Source: Balanoglossus misakiensis (taxonomy: Eukaryota > Animalia > Hemichordata). From it: DNA of 64,000 bases. The notes under the pieces are model-generated. The model was not told the origin of the DNA and did not search any database. It worked only from the letters and a program-made list of their open reading frames with translations. Below, in pieces: positions 1 through 12,839 of this stretch. Made by a program: the position numbers and the translations under genes. Positions within the stretch are counted from its first letter, which is position 1. Each line of letters begins with the position of its first letter. The DNA lies in assembly GCA_040954595.2 (NCBI GenBank), contig CM082594.2:1258247-1322246 (forward strand), in the 5' to 3' direction.

Positions 1-71
1 AACAATGCAAAAACTTGGTGGAAAACAATATCAAATCAAAAGCGGTTAATAACGGTCAGTCAACTCACGTC

Positions 72-3000
72 TACTAACTCTTCTTATGTGAAAGGATGCG
101 TAAGACTACAATAAAACTCAAAGGACCACTCTTCAATGTAAGTCATCATACCCTTCCACCCTGTGATTTTGATGAACACTTCCCCCCCCCCCCCAGCTTT
201 ATAATTCATATTGTGTTTCCCATCTAAATGTCAGATCATTACACAGAAACGTTGATGCCTTAAAATTACTATATGAAGATATTATCAAGTCCAAATTCGC
301 TATCATTGGAATCTCTGAAGTATGGGACCCAAATAACTTAAGTATTTATAATATGCAAGATTACACATTGGAAGTGAAGTCTCGTGAAGTAGGAAGGGGC
401 GGTGGGGTTGGGGCTTACATACATTCATCAGTAATCTACAAGCTGCTTCGAGCAAGTGTCAGTCACTCAGAATCACTCTGGATGGAGGTACAGGTTAAAA
501 ATACGAAGATAATTTATGGGAATAATCTACAGAAAACCTAATACTGATATAACAGAATTTCAAATTAGTCTCATGCAAGTTTTAAACGAGCTCAGATGTG
601 ACAAAAATAATTGTATTTTAATGGGCGATTTTAATATTGATACTAACATAAGACTGACCAACCCCAATATAGATTCATATCTATCCTCCTTGGAATGTAT
701 AGGCTTAAGACAGCTGATATCTACCCCAACCAGAGTGACTAGTTCATCTGAAATTTAATTGACCACATCTACACAAATATTAATCAACGTCCTATTCATG
801 CTTGCACTATAATCACTGATATCTCAGACCATTTCCCTGTGTATACTCTTTTAGAAAATATTCCTCTAAAATTGCCACAAAAAGAGAAAATTATTTTCAG
901 AAATTTCAAAAACTATAGTCCCTCCCAATTTTACGAAGATCTTGAAAACACAACCTGGGATTCTGTGTACCATTCCTCTGATGCTAATGAGGCTTACAAC
1001 AATTTTTATTCAGTCTTTAATGAATTTTGTGATAAACATGCACCTATTTCTACCAAATCCTATAGTACCAAAAAAATAAAAAAACCTTGGATCACCAAAT
1101 CACTTAGAAAATCTATTAACACCAAACATAGGCTATATAACAAATTATATAAATCAAAATTTAATAATGCTGTTGCTGTTGATAATTATAAAAAAATATC
1201 GAAATATTTTTTCGGCTTTACTCAGGAAAGCCAAACAGATGTACTATAGCAATATTTTTATACAAAATGAAAATAACACTACTGCAATATGGAAAACAAT
1301 TAGAGAGATACTTGGAAGCCAAGGTAATGCCAGTCAATCTCTGCCAGATAATCTGTGTGTTAAGTCTAATGGTAAGGTACGAACCGTAAATAAGAAAACT
1401 GACATTGTCAATGAGCTAAATAACTACTTTGTTGGTATTGGTCCAGACCTTGCTAGTAAAATAAAGTCTAACAATTGCAACTTTAATAATTATCTCAAGG
1501 CACCCATCTCAAACTCAATCTTTCTTGCCCCAACAACTCAGTTTGAAAAATTATTTGTAGCCTAGATCCTTATAAAGCTTGTGGCCAAGATCAAATTCCT
1601 GCTAGACTTCTTATAGATGGAGCTGCTGTAATATCTAAACCATTAGAATACATATTCAACCTCTCCTTTCATTCAGGAATATTTCCGAAAGCCCTAAAAT
1701 CAGCAAAAGTTATACCAAGTTTCAAGAAAGGAACCACTGATGATCCAGAAAATTACAGACCAATATCAATTTTACCTCTTATAAGCAAAGTCTTAGAAAA
1801 AATAGTCAACTCCCGTCTTACCAACTTTGTAGAACAATTTAATATTCTATATGAACATCAGTATGCCTTTCGACAAAAATATAGTACCAAACTCTCTCTG
1901 ATCAATCTTGTCAATTATCTCATTAAGCAACTTGATGCTGGCAGAATTACACTTGGCATTTTCCTTGACTTTTCAAAAGCCTTTGATACCATTGATCATA
2001 CAATATTACTATCTAAACTCTCTCACTATGGTATACGTGGACGTCCTCTACAATGGTTTACAGATTATTTAAAAGATAGATGTCAACATGTTTGTGCTGA
2101 TCAGATGGCCATATCTCATCTAGCCATAATATTACATGTGGAGTTCCACAGGGATCTGTCCTTGGACCTACTCTATTTTTATTATTTATTAATGATATAG
2201 CCCTTTCAACATCCTTCTTCAACTTTCGGCTGTTTGCTGATGATACAAATCTGTTCCATACCTTCCCTGCAAACAAAAGTGATATCAATCTGAACCATGT
2301 TGACAGCCAGTTACAGCTGGTGCTAGATTGGTGCAATGCCAACAAACTCACTATAAATCACCTAAAAACAAATTACAGTATTTTCAGAAACCAAAGACGA
2401 AACTTTTCCCATGTTGGTTCTCTCCACATAAATAATATGGTCATAAATGAGGTAGAAGCTGCATCATTTGTTGGCATTCTCATTGACAGGCATCTTACCT
2501 GGTCAAAACATATCCAGATGCTAAACACAATCATCAGAAAGAAAGTTGGCATTCTCTTTAAACTCAGACATTTTGTACCTACCCATAATACTTACCTTAC
2601 TCTACAAATCACTTATCCAACCACATATAACATACGGCCTCGAAGTATGGGGGTCAACATATCCTTCATATCTCAACCGTATTAAGTTATTACAAAAAAT
2701 GGCAGTAAGAGCAATAACCTTCAGTGATTTCACAGCTCATTCAACTCCTTTATTCCATAAATTGAAAATCCTTGATATTTTCAAATTACATAAGCTCCAG
2801 GTATGCTCCTTCATGTATGATCTTGTAAACAATAATCTTCCACAAAGGCTGACAACCTACTGTCAATTACCTCTCCATGATTACAGTACACGCCACAAAA
2901 ACCAAGGTAATCTCCATATTCCAAGTGTAAATACAACAATGGGCAAATTTGCAATATCTTTTAATGGCCCTCTCTTATGGAATTCATTACCAGAACAAAT

Positions 3001-3396
3001 AAAATACAAAAAATCCCAACAAACTTTCCGGTACTCGCTCAAACAGATGTATTTAGAAAATTAACTATAAATATATATATATTTATATATAGTAGTTCAA
3101 TTTATACATTCAATGTATTTATTTTATTCAATTTTAGCTACTGTCTATGTACATAATTGCCTTTACAGTGTACATGCCTAATATTGCTTCTCTCTAAGAA
3201 ATACACTGCCCTCAAAATGAAATGTAACTAATTTTTATACCGCAATGTACAGAGGAATGGGAACAGACTTGACTAGCACCTGCTATTTTCTGTTCCCAAT
3301 TACCCTTTCATTCAACCTGTCTCACTCGTGAGTTATGTAAATACTTTTCAACTTTTCAACAAGGGTAATAAATTGAATTGAAATTGAATTGCATTG
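72..3396 (+). mobile_element. Non-LTR retrotransposon, L2/CR1 group (Crack/Daphne-like), copy A, 5'-truncated and decayed
   Basis: APE endonuclease motifs (GISEVW, GGGVG, IYRKP, GDFN, IDH, SDH) and RT motifs (NYRPIS, FLDFSKAFDT, FADD) in frameshifted pieces. 3' UTR stem-loop at about 3259-3298, AATAAA and (AATTG)n-like tail. Flanked by 10-bp TSD AACTCACGTC (62-71 and 3397-3406). Confidence 0.92.
96..3064 (+). pseudogene. LINE ORF2 (APE endonuclease + reverse transcriptase), frameshifted
   Basis: ORF fragments 353-541, 516-758, 839-1249, 1167-1565, 2320-2685 and 2546-3064 tile a single ORF2 with several frameshifts. Confidence 0.92.
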
Positions 3397-4879
3397 AACT
3401 CACGTCATCAGAGTAGACAAAGAAAATACGATCACGCAATATTTCAATGATCAAATCTCCCAAACTATAGATTAAAAAGGCTGATTATTCAGTTGAATGT
3501 CATTCTCTCTCAATTCTTTTGCGATAGCAGATGATTCAAGAGTCTTCCCTTCTTCATTCCACGAGACCTCTTTTCTTCGTCGCCAGAACTGCTTCAACTA
3601 CATGCTTCTGGATACGACGCCCCTCTGATCAAACAACAGATCCATCCTGAAATAGTGCTTCAAATCTTGATATTTTTCTTTAATTTGACTTCAACCGTCA
3701 CCATTCTCCAAGACTGTAAAAGAAGGGAGATGATGATGAACTACTATTAATTTTTTTTGCCCCTTGTACTGTCTTTACAACTGGTCGTATAAATCTGATA
3801 TTTGTTTGGCATGCGAATTTTGGAATATGGATGTGTATGATCACAATTATAAGATCCTCAAAATAAAAGATCCTATCATTTCATTTGGTTAATTACCAGT
3901 TCATAGGTGAATGAAAATATTGTTACTCACTTTGAAACCTGACATGTATATATAATAATTCAAAGTATTTATTCGCATATTTTTATATTATTCATGGTGT
4001 TATAGATCAATGGAAATTTTTCAAATTAAATTCATGTATATAAAATGTAGCAATGTAATGTCATATGTGAAACCCTTAATCTTGATATTGTAATTCATTG
4101 TAGAATATGATTATATTGTGTTATTCACTCAACTTGTGCATGTATGTTTAAGATTCATGCAAAATTACTTTTTTTATACAAACTGTTCCTTTTTGTGTTG
4201 TTCGGAGGTGACAACTCATCAACAATGAAATAAGTTTGGGAAATTTTTGAACAAAGTCATGAAGTGGAAGTACTATAAATAAGTTTAATATCTGTTTGAG
4301 TTGTCCTGCCAGAAGTCAACATTTTTAGCTTATACAAATACTGTTGCAACTACAGAACAGTTGAAGAATTTCATCATTATATTTATGTTTTAATTACAAG
4401 TATATCAATTGTACCTTTTCCTTATATTAAAAGCATATTTTTATTATAATATTTAATTGAGTTCTTTGTCTACTTTTTTAAACTGACAATTTTTCAGTCA
4501 TTACCATAACCCTGGAGTGTATTTCACTGTGTCCAGAGATTCTTCTGTAGTAGTTATAATAAGACATCAAACCAGGTCCGATAATCAATATTACTCAAGC
4601 TAAGCTAATTACCAGGTCCAGGTTCAAAAAAGAAATGAGTGAAAAACTTACAATTTCAACAGGATCTTCTTGAACCACTGCTAAGTGGTAGTACTCGCAC
4701 AGGGGGCTGCAAACATGAAAGTTATAAATGGCGGAGTTCCTGCATTTTCCCCCAATAAACATTAATTATAATATGCTTGGTGTGAATCTAGCTTGCTGAT
4801 TGGCTGGAGCCAGGGTTTATATTCTCAACAAGATGACCTGGCCCAACTTGGCCCTGAACGGAGAATAGCTAATAAACTT

Positions 4880-4936
4880 TGCATTTGATTGGCTGTGGGA
4901 TGGTGGACTGCATTTGATTGGCTGTGGGATGGTGGA
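4880..4936 (+). promoter_or_regulatory. Putative Crypton promoter: 29-bp tandem duplication with inverted CCAAT boxes
   Basis: TGCATTTGATTGGCTGTGGGATGGTGGA occurs twice, with another GATTGG near 4798, upstream of a Kozak-type GCCGCCATG at 5010. Confidence 0.4.
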
Positions 4937-5009
4937 AATGTCGTCTGCTGCTATCAGCTCGTGCAAATTTTGGAAATATCAAGAAGAGCTCAAAATGCAG
5001 CCAGCCGCC

Positions 5010-6613
5010 ATGTCTGAAAGGCTAGATTCTGACTTTGATTTGAATTTTCGAACGAATGATTCGAACAACTTGACGAAATATCTGACGAAGAACTCCTACA
5101 AGCGGCGACGATACTCGAGAATCTACCGGGACCGTGCATTCCTCCAGCAGTAAATCATGCCTACCCGCAGACGCCGAGATTCCCCGAGTTGTCACACGAA
5201 AAGGTGGAACAGTTAGCGGCGAAAAAAAAATGAGGAAAATACAAATGCATCGACCAAGTGGGGAGTTAAGTTACTGAAAAGTAAGTATTCAATAAAAAAA
5301 AATAGTAGTCGTATATTTTATCGTTCACGCCGAAATGGGCGCCGCCATTTTCATTGTTTGTAAACAATCGCGTTAGTCGTTTGATCTGTTGACCTTAAAA
5401 TCACGCAGTTGTTGTTGTATTTACCGTCTCTATTTTAACCGTTGCAGCCTGGTGTATGGAGCGATCGATTTCCCCAGATTTTGAAATGCTGCCAGTAGAA
5501 GACCTGGCAAACTTACTGAGGCAGTTTTATGCCGAGGTGAGAACAAGAGAAGGAAACGAGTATAGCATCCGGAGCTATTCTGGGATCAGAGCTGCGATAC
5601 ACTGACATATCACCAACGTCCCATTCAACCGAGCTATCAATGTCTTGAGGGATCGGGAATGTCTGGTGGCCAACAATGTATTTGTCGGGAAAATAAAGTG
5701 CCTAAAGCGAGATGGAAAGGACACCATCAATCACAAAACACCAATAAGCGAGGGCGATATCCAGAAGATGTTTCCTAGCGGTACGCTATCCGACTCTGAT
5801 CCACTGTCATTATTACGTATGGTATGGTTTTATGTAGAATTTTTCTTTTGTCGAAGGGGGCGGGAGGGTCTGCGAGATTTACATAAGGGGAGTTTCATTC
5901 TTAAGGTTGACGACCAAGGGAGGGAATACATTACATTGGCCTACTTGGAAGCCACTAAAAACCACCCCGGGGATTTGAAAGATAATTTTGAAAGTGAGAA
6001 GCGGATGTATAAAACGGGTTCTCCCCTCTGCCCAGTTACGGCCATTTTGAAATATATCGGTAAACTCCATCCCAACTGTAATGCGTTTTTCCAGCGTCCC
6101 ATTCCCAATTTCTCCGGCAGTGAAAACACGTGGTATGTAAACAGCCCCCTTGGGCACAATTCACTAGGGTAAATGATGAAGAAAATATCAAAAGCGGCAG
6201 AGTTGAGTGTAATATACACAAACCACTGTGTGCGAGCAACAACCATTAAGTCGCTGAACGACGCTGGGGTCCCAACGAGAATAATCATGAATCTCAGCGG
6301 TCATCGCAACGAAGGAAGCATTCGTAGTTATTGTCGTGACAGTTCGAATGAACAGAAACGACAGTGTAGTGACATTTTAATGTCATCGATTCACGATAAA
6401 CCTACCGGTAACGTAACAGCTGATGGGGCCCCAGCTCCGTCTGCTACGTCTTTGGCGGTTGCTTGCTCACCACAACGGTGTGAGAGAAATATATCCACAT
6501 GCCAAACTCTCCCCTCAAATTCCATAACACCATCCAATATGTTCAATAACTGCAACTTCCAGGGCAATGTATATGTTTATACAAGTACCTATAATTCCTC
6601 CAAGCATAATTAA
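5010..6613 (+). pseudogene. Crypton tyrosine recombinase (DUF3504-like), two exons, disrupted
   Basis: Exon 1 5010-5280, GT-AG intron 5281-5447, exon 2 5448-6613. Motifs CRRGREG, TKNHPG, YTNHCVRAT, SGHRN, SIRSY. Lesions relative to copy 2: indels near 5049 and 5230, TGA at about 5603, plus the shared TAA at 6170-6172. Confidence 0.88.
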
Positions 6614-7019
6614 AGATGTACATTTCTAATGTTGATTGGTCGGAAAAGTAATACTCCCGTGGTGTTTCTGCTGACTACTTCGCAGACATGATGTAAATAT
6701 ATTCTTGCGCATTTTTTTAATAGTTCCACTTTATTAATGTATTTAAGACTAAGAGTAACATTATTTAGGTGTTTTTTTAATTCCCATTGAGCGTTTTTAA
6801 AATAAATGTTTTCAAAGTTTATGAAATATAGAAATGGGTCAGTGTACTTCATTGTTTGAGACGAGTGCTAGTGTGCGCGAGATCGGAATGACATGCGTTG
6901 AAGGTGTGATGAGGCCCCTGAACCGGCATGACAATCCCCGTACATGATGGCTGTCCAACTTCGGAACCGGGCGAGATTTTCATTTTATCGACTTATATCA
7001 AACGAAATCATATTATAAT

Positions 7020-7205
7020 GAGGTTATAAACGGCTAGCGAGGGTATTTGGTTGCGGATATAAGACCTCTCAGGTGAAAATTAGCATATTTGGGTGAAATA
7101 ATCACCTCGCTGCGCTCGGTGATTATTTCCCGCCAAATATGCTAATTTTCACCTGAGAGGTCTTATATCCGCAACCAAATACCCTCGCTAGCCGTTTATA
7201 ACCTC
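7020..7205. repeat. Near-perfect 186-bp palindrome at the Crypton 3' end
   Basis: GAGGTTATAAACGGCTAGCGAGGG... pairs with ...CCCTCGCTAGCCGTTTATAACCTC. Apex is CC-TC-GC-TGC-GC-TC-GG. Confidence 0.97.
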
Positions 7206-8139
7206 TAATTGATGAACAGTCTTTGTGCTTGTTTATTTTTCTGTGTTACCTCCACCTGTCTTAGCAGTTGCTAATCTAGAATACAAGCTATTGTATTTCC
7301 CATTAAGCACCAGTTCTCACTTGGTAAGAGAATACCCAGTAGTCGCTGACCGATGTTTACTTTATTAACTTAATCCGTGGATGGGGCACACAGATTAAGT
7401 CGTTAGCAGGTGATTAATGGGAAATGGATAGCTTTTATTCTGGATTAGCAAATGATAAGACAGGTTGGGAAAACGGAGAATGGAACGTACTTCGCCATTT
7501 ATAACTTTCATGTTTGCAGCCCCCTGTGGTACTAGGTGTCGGAAATGGGTAAGCACACCCTTCCAGCATGCTACACCCGTCAAGACTGACCCAAAGAGAC
7601 AGATTTAAGTTGAATTTGACTTAACTAACAAATTACTGTTGCAAGTCAAATCCATATTTTGACTTTATCTCTGACTGAGCGCAGCGAGTCTGAGAGACAC
7701 TCCACGTCTTCCTCTTCACAAGCAGCCCACTTTGTTTACATAAGTTTCAGTAGTATCCATAATGGTTCTAAAGTTGGTGGCTCGAGACAATATTTCGGGC
7801 AAAACTGGACAGATGCTGAAGTTCGGTATTTGGAATGATTGTCAGGTCACCTGTTATTATATGAACGTGAGGTTCACAAGTGTAAATCCAATATTTAACA
7901 TTACTTAAAGGGACAAATTACTCAAATTCTCTTTTGAGCTTATTTGATCAATTGTGTTTGATATGAAATGTGCCTATTATGCTGTTTGACTTCTTTAACA
8001 TGCTTAAATACTGGCCAATAAATAACTCCACTATGTTTGAAATTAAACCAGATAGTACAATAATACATTCCAAATGTCATATGTGATAACATCATGCTTT
8101 GGACTTTTTTACTTTATATATTACATAACATGTTACGGA

Positions 8140-8370
8140 GGGGGAGAGAGGTGAGAGAAGGAATGTGAGAAAGGAGAGAAGAAAAGCAAGAGGGCGGAAA
8201 TGAGAATGTCAGGATGGAAAGGGGATGAGGGGAGGACTTTGACAGAAGGGGAGGGGAGAGACCGAATAAGTGAAGGTGAGAGAGGAAGTGGTTAGACAGG
8301 AAGAAAGGGAAATTAAAGCTCAACCACCACCACCACCACAATCATCATCATCACCATCATTGCCATCATC
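8140..8370. repeat. Purine-rich low complexity followed by (CAC)n/(CAT)n microsatellite
   Basis: GA-rich tract followed by CACCACCAC...CATCATCAT. Confidence 0.8.
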
Positions 8371-8403
8371 ATTCTGGAGGCATCGTGGCCTGTATTGGCC
8401 CAA

Positions 8404-8828
8404 GGGCATCATGGGCCAAAAAAACTGATTCAGTTAAATGTGCATAAACCACACTTTTGTACGAACTCCTGTAACCGGTGACGCAAGTCGTGAGTGAATT
8501 TGTGGGCGTGTCGCGACCTTTTCTGTGTACGTGATGCAGAGTGATATATTGGTGACCCCCAGCCACCCCCACACCCTTTGATAACACACTTCTTAAACTT
8601 TCTTTACATAGAATGGATTTCTCAAACCTTCCTTACCAAAGTTCTGATTAAAGACATCTATCTTCTAGGGTACTACCAACAGCGTTTCACGTGACTGTAG
8701 ACAAGCAGCAAGTACCTGTACACAGACAAGGGCGTGCGCGCGTCAACAATAATTAACGAATGTTTTTACCGCCGTGTGTTTTATGCACATAAACACTGAA
8801 TCAGCTTTAATATTGTCCCATGATGCCC
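8404..8828. mobile_element. Old MITE with about 50-bp imperfect TIRs
   Basis: GGGCATCATGGG...CTGATTCAGT...ATGTGCATAAA-CACAC at 8404 versus its reverse complement at about 8774-8828. No clear TSD. Confidence 0.6.
8603..8675. mobile_element. Diverged terminal fragment of the foldback family at 12840-16909
   Basis: TTTACATAGAATGGATTTCTCAAACCTTCCTTACCAAA...CTA matches about 16839-16909. Confidence 0.7.
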
Positions 8829-10097
8829 CGTGAGTTGTCAGGGTACCAAACTGACAATGCTCGAGAAAAAATGAAGTGTTGACATGCATGTTGTTAAGGG
8901 GTATCACAATGCATGTTATAGACGCTGGTTTCTCTTAGCAATAGCGTAGAGGCGTAAGGATGGGTTGATCTTGTGATTAAGAATTTTGGCAAAGAAACGG
9001 AAATTGTGCCATTTAGTTTTGTATTAAACCCTATTCGCGTATTTTATGTTAAAGCACGAAATACTGCAATAATGAGATACGGTAGTATTTAACACATATC
9101 ATATATGATATAATATAGCTTTATCAATACCAGTGAATTTTGTGACGTCATTTCTGTACATTTTTTTTTCTTTTATTTAAAACGCACAATGTTACATCAA
9201 CAAATCAAAAGAAGAAACGAACTGAAAACTCACATCATAGCTTCAAAATTTATTACACTTTCTGGATGGTTGCATGATTCCTAAGGCTTGTATACCTTGA
9301 ACCTCAATGTCACGCGGGAGGATTGGTGTTAATGTAACGGGGAATTAAACTCTATCGATGGGGATAACTCGCTTGGCTAATACTGAGAGGTACCTATATG
9401 GAATCGTGCTGACGTCCAGATACATCGACACGAACACTGGGTATTTATGGTAGCAACTGAGAATATAAGAATTTACTACTCGACCACTTGCGTTCTGAGG
9501 ACAAGAAGGACACAAATAGTCCGCCATCCAAAAGACCGTTCCAGCATTTTATTTTTACCCGTCAAAAGACGCGGAGATATATTTTTAGATGAAAGATCCA
9601 TGCATACTCAGATTGCATAGTACTTGTCTTCCTTGTGTTCCTTAAAATAATGAATGTATTGTATTTTCTTTTCTTTTCATCAGGAATGCGATAACTTTCT
9701 TAACACTTCAAAAGTTTCTTTACTCTTCAATCACTTCTGTCTCAACTTTTAAGTTTAACTTTTACTTCCAAATCTCAGGTCACAAACTTTATAGACTGCT
9801 AAACAATTGTCTTCCTAGTGTTGTATGCGCCACTTGTGAATTTTTGCGAGTGAGATTCACGGGCGTTTGAGCACAATTTATACAAAAGATGTTTATCGCC
9901 TTTAGAAAAACGTTCGCGTAGAATCAATGACGTCATGGTAAATTTTAGCTGCATGCTCCAATAGGGATGATGGGGAGACTACTTGTTGTAGAGCACCTGA
10001 AAATGTACGTATTTCGTCACTTCCTTTTCGCGAAATTTAATTCTTAACGGCATCTTAGTTTTAAGATTTGTGATTTCTTTTTTCTTCAGTTGTACAT

Positions 10098-10390
10098 TTG
10101 CATCACGGGATACTTCTTTGTAGACTATCGAACCTTGGCATCTCAGACACAGTACTAACATGGTTTACATCTTACCTTCAATATAGATATCAAACTGTAA
10201 TCATCGAAAACACTGCAAGTTCACAGTCACCTCTCGTATACGGGGTGCCACTGGCCCTCTCTTGTTCACCATTTATATAGCCCCACTTTATAGTAAACTG
10301 ATTCGTCCCCATATCCTACAATTTCATCAGTACGCCGATGATAACCAGCGATACCTCGCCTTTTCCCATCAAGATTCAACCTCTGACGTT
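10098..10390 (+). pseudogene. LINE reverse transcriptase fragment (CR1/L2-like)
   Basis: HGILLCRL...WFTSYL...YGVP, then GPLLFTIY and QYADD in shifted frames. Confidence 0.8.
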
Positions 10391-10399
10391 CCTGTCTTC

Positions 10400-10683
10400 T
10401 AAGGATTGTTGAACTTTAATTCATGCAGGAATTCACACTCAAGACCCCTGTTCATACCAATGTGCCAAACAGATACTTACAAACACTCCTTCATTCCGCG
10501 AACCATTATTGACTGGAACCACTTTCCTGATAACATTGTAACTAGCACAAACCTAGAGCATTTTAAAGCTGGTCTTTCAGGAATAACTAGTCATCACGAC
10601 TAAAATCACCTTGCGCACCTGCAGGATTACTGCTCAATTTCTGAGTTACTCTGCAGTATTATACAGATACAGATACAGATACA
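10400..10683 (+). mobile_element. 3' end of another LINE with (ATACAG)n tail
   Basis: ORF2 C-terminus-like TDTYKHSFIPRTIIDWNHFP, short UTR and ATACAG tandem tail at about 10661-10683. Confidence 0.75.
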
Positions 10684-12010
10684 CTTCATCATACTGTCAG
10701 GTTCAAAAATAACCACGAAACGAATTCTTATGTGAAAGGATGCGTAAGACTACAATAAAATCACGCTCAACTTCAACTACACTCTGGGACTTCTCTCTTG
10801 TCCCTCGTATGAACTCACATGCCAACTCAAAGGGCCATTTTCATACGCCAGACCGTCTCCCTTGGGGTCATTAAAACATCACGACTTCATCACCAGACCG
10901 TCTCTCTTGCGGTCATCACAAAAACTTCAACAACTCCTCAAAAACCTATTAAACGTCACTACACTTCACGGCATCACTTCAACAAAAGAATACACATTTA
11001 CAATGTCGAAAACAAGGCAAAAACTTGGTGGAAAACAATATCAAATTAAAGCTGCAAGCAGCGTTGAAGGGGCCCAAGCATAGAGTTAATAACCATTAGA
11101 CTCCATTCAGGGTTGTACCATTAAAATGCGTAGGCTGTATTTACTCTGGATGTGGAGATATGGGGAAGTAGGCAACCACCCGAAATGGATGTCTTACAAG
11201 TACAAACACAACAACCAAAGGTGAACTTCTACGTTGTAAGTACTTCAGTTACTTCAAAGGTCAGCTGAGGGTATCCAAAAATTGGGCCAAAAATTAGGAT
11301 TCCTATTTGGTTCATATTCAAGACAACGGAAAATCCTTGCTGTTTGGGTTTATCAAATTAGATATGGCCATAATAATGAGTTACGCAAGTAAGTTACAGG
11401 TAGCATTTAGCATTTCATGACGCAGAGGGTCCTACCCTACCCCTCCAAACACCTGGCTATACATGATGTGCATGCTAACATATGGAAAGCAGGTCAATGG
11501 ACACCTGATGTCACCCAAAAATTTGACAAAAAATGTTCATTCCTGTTTATGTCATGTGCAACAAATCCTACATTTGCAGCCCTTTCACTTTGCCTACCAT
11601 TAGGTATGCACGTAATACATGAATCAAGCAGGTGTCGCAGGTATCCGCCTGTATTTGGCATTTCATGATAGTTTCGCTCCGAATACCAAAGCTGCACTTG
11701 TACAACGGGCTGAGATATGGCACTGTACGACAGAGGTCATCCAAATCAACTTATACATTTGGGCAAAAACAAACTGACACTTACATTCGTCCCTGAGGAA
11801 CAAAAACCACATCTATTGCCCTGTTGGCTAGTGTCCAATTAAATGTACAAAATCAATGACTTAGGCAGGTGCAACAGGTGACCCCACCGTTGGTATATCT
11901 TTATGGTCCCATCCGTATATGCCCCCCCCCCCCACGCCAAAGCTGCATGCATCTGCTGTGGATGCTCACTAAGCAAAAGTAGGTGAAATGTCACATAAGA
12001 TCGCACATAA

Positions 12011-12749
12011 GGCTGCATTCACAAACACCTATTCAGGGGGGATGCGGGAGAATTCAATTTTTTTACCGCTAATTTTCACATGCCCCCCCCCCCCCGTACA
12101 GAACCCGACAAATTTCAAATCCCCCCTTCCGAACTACCAAAATTTTGAAATCCCCCCCTCCCCATTTTCTTTCACAGAGCAAAACACATCACCTAGTATC
12201 TATCTTGTAAAAAAAGAAAAACAGCGCTCCCATTTTTTAAGTATTTGTATCCTGTGTTGGGAGACATTGTAAACCGAGAATTGAAGGGGGTGGGTTTGGG
12301 AGGGGGTGCACGTAAGAAAATTTTATAAAATACAGAGATCAAAGCTGCATTTTAATGAACCCGGCAAAGGCAAATTAACTCAACTACCGGTATGTTGGGG
12401 AGGACAAATTTAACCGTCGACGCTCAGAGTTATCATGGGGTTGGGGCAAGTCCCCTGACCTGGGACACTAGATAAACCAATCAATGATTGAAAGGTGTTG
12501 ATGAATGGACGGGGTGGGTGTGGGAGGGGGTGTCCGCCTCCCCATTAGAATTTTTTTTTAAATAAAGGGCGCGAAACTGCATTTTTGTGGACTCAAAATA
12601 AATATTTAGTCGTCAAAGTTTTCAAGTCCCCCCCCTTTCAGTCCCTAAATTATTTCAAATCCCCCCTTTACATACCCTCAATTTGTTTCAAATCCCCCCT
12701 TCAATTCTCCTGCCCCCCTCCCCCTCCTGAGGTGTTTGTAAATGCAGCC
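12011..12749. mobile_element. PIF/Harbinger-type MITE
   Basis: TIR GGCTGCATT(C/T)ACAAACACCT and TAA target duplication (12008-12010 and 12750-12752). Confidence 0.85.
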
Positions 12750-12839
12750 TAACTTGATAGGAAAATCGGACTTCATATTGATCCATTTGCAACAAATACC
12801 ACACTAGCATCCCTTTCATTGACCCCACAATTACGCATG

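Larger units (their letters stand above)
4763..7210 (+). mobile_element. Crypton-type tyrosine recombinase DNA transposon, copy 1
   Basis: Spliced YR gene with no RT, terminal direct repeat TAATT (4763-4767 and 7206-7210), no TIRs, and a long subterminal palindrome at the 3' end. Confidence 0.85.
4689..7534. mobile_element. Non-autonomous TIR element (about 400 bp without its insert) hosting the Crypton
   Basis: CACAGGGGGCTGCAAACATGAAAGTTATAAATGGCG at 4698 is the reverse complement of about 7493-7528. Termini extend imperfectly to TAGTAC/GTACTA, flanked by GG on both sides. Superfamily uncertain. Confidence 0.75.

Noticed and set aside
5879-6288. Antisense ORFs over the YR gene (also 63161-63570)
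   Set aside because: Shadow frames with no recognisable motifs. Their conservation only reflects the recent duplication.
5010-6613. Phage or integron integrase, or a domesticated gene (ZMYM/KCTD1/QRICH1-like)
   Set aside because: It has a spliceosomal intron, transposon-like ends and nonsense lesions, and no additional host domains.
4763-7210. DIRS/Ngaro retroelement (YR plus the nearby RT)
   Set aside because: The adjacent RT belongs to a LINE with its own APE domain, tail and TSD. No RNase H or split repeats were seen.
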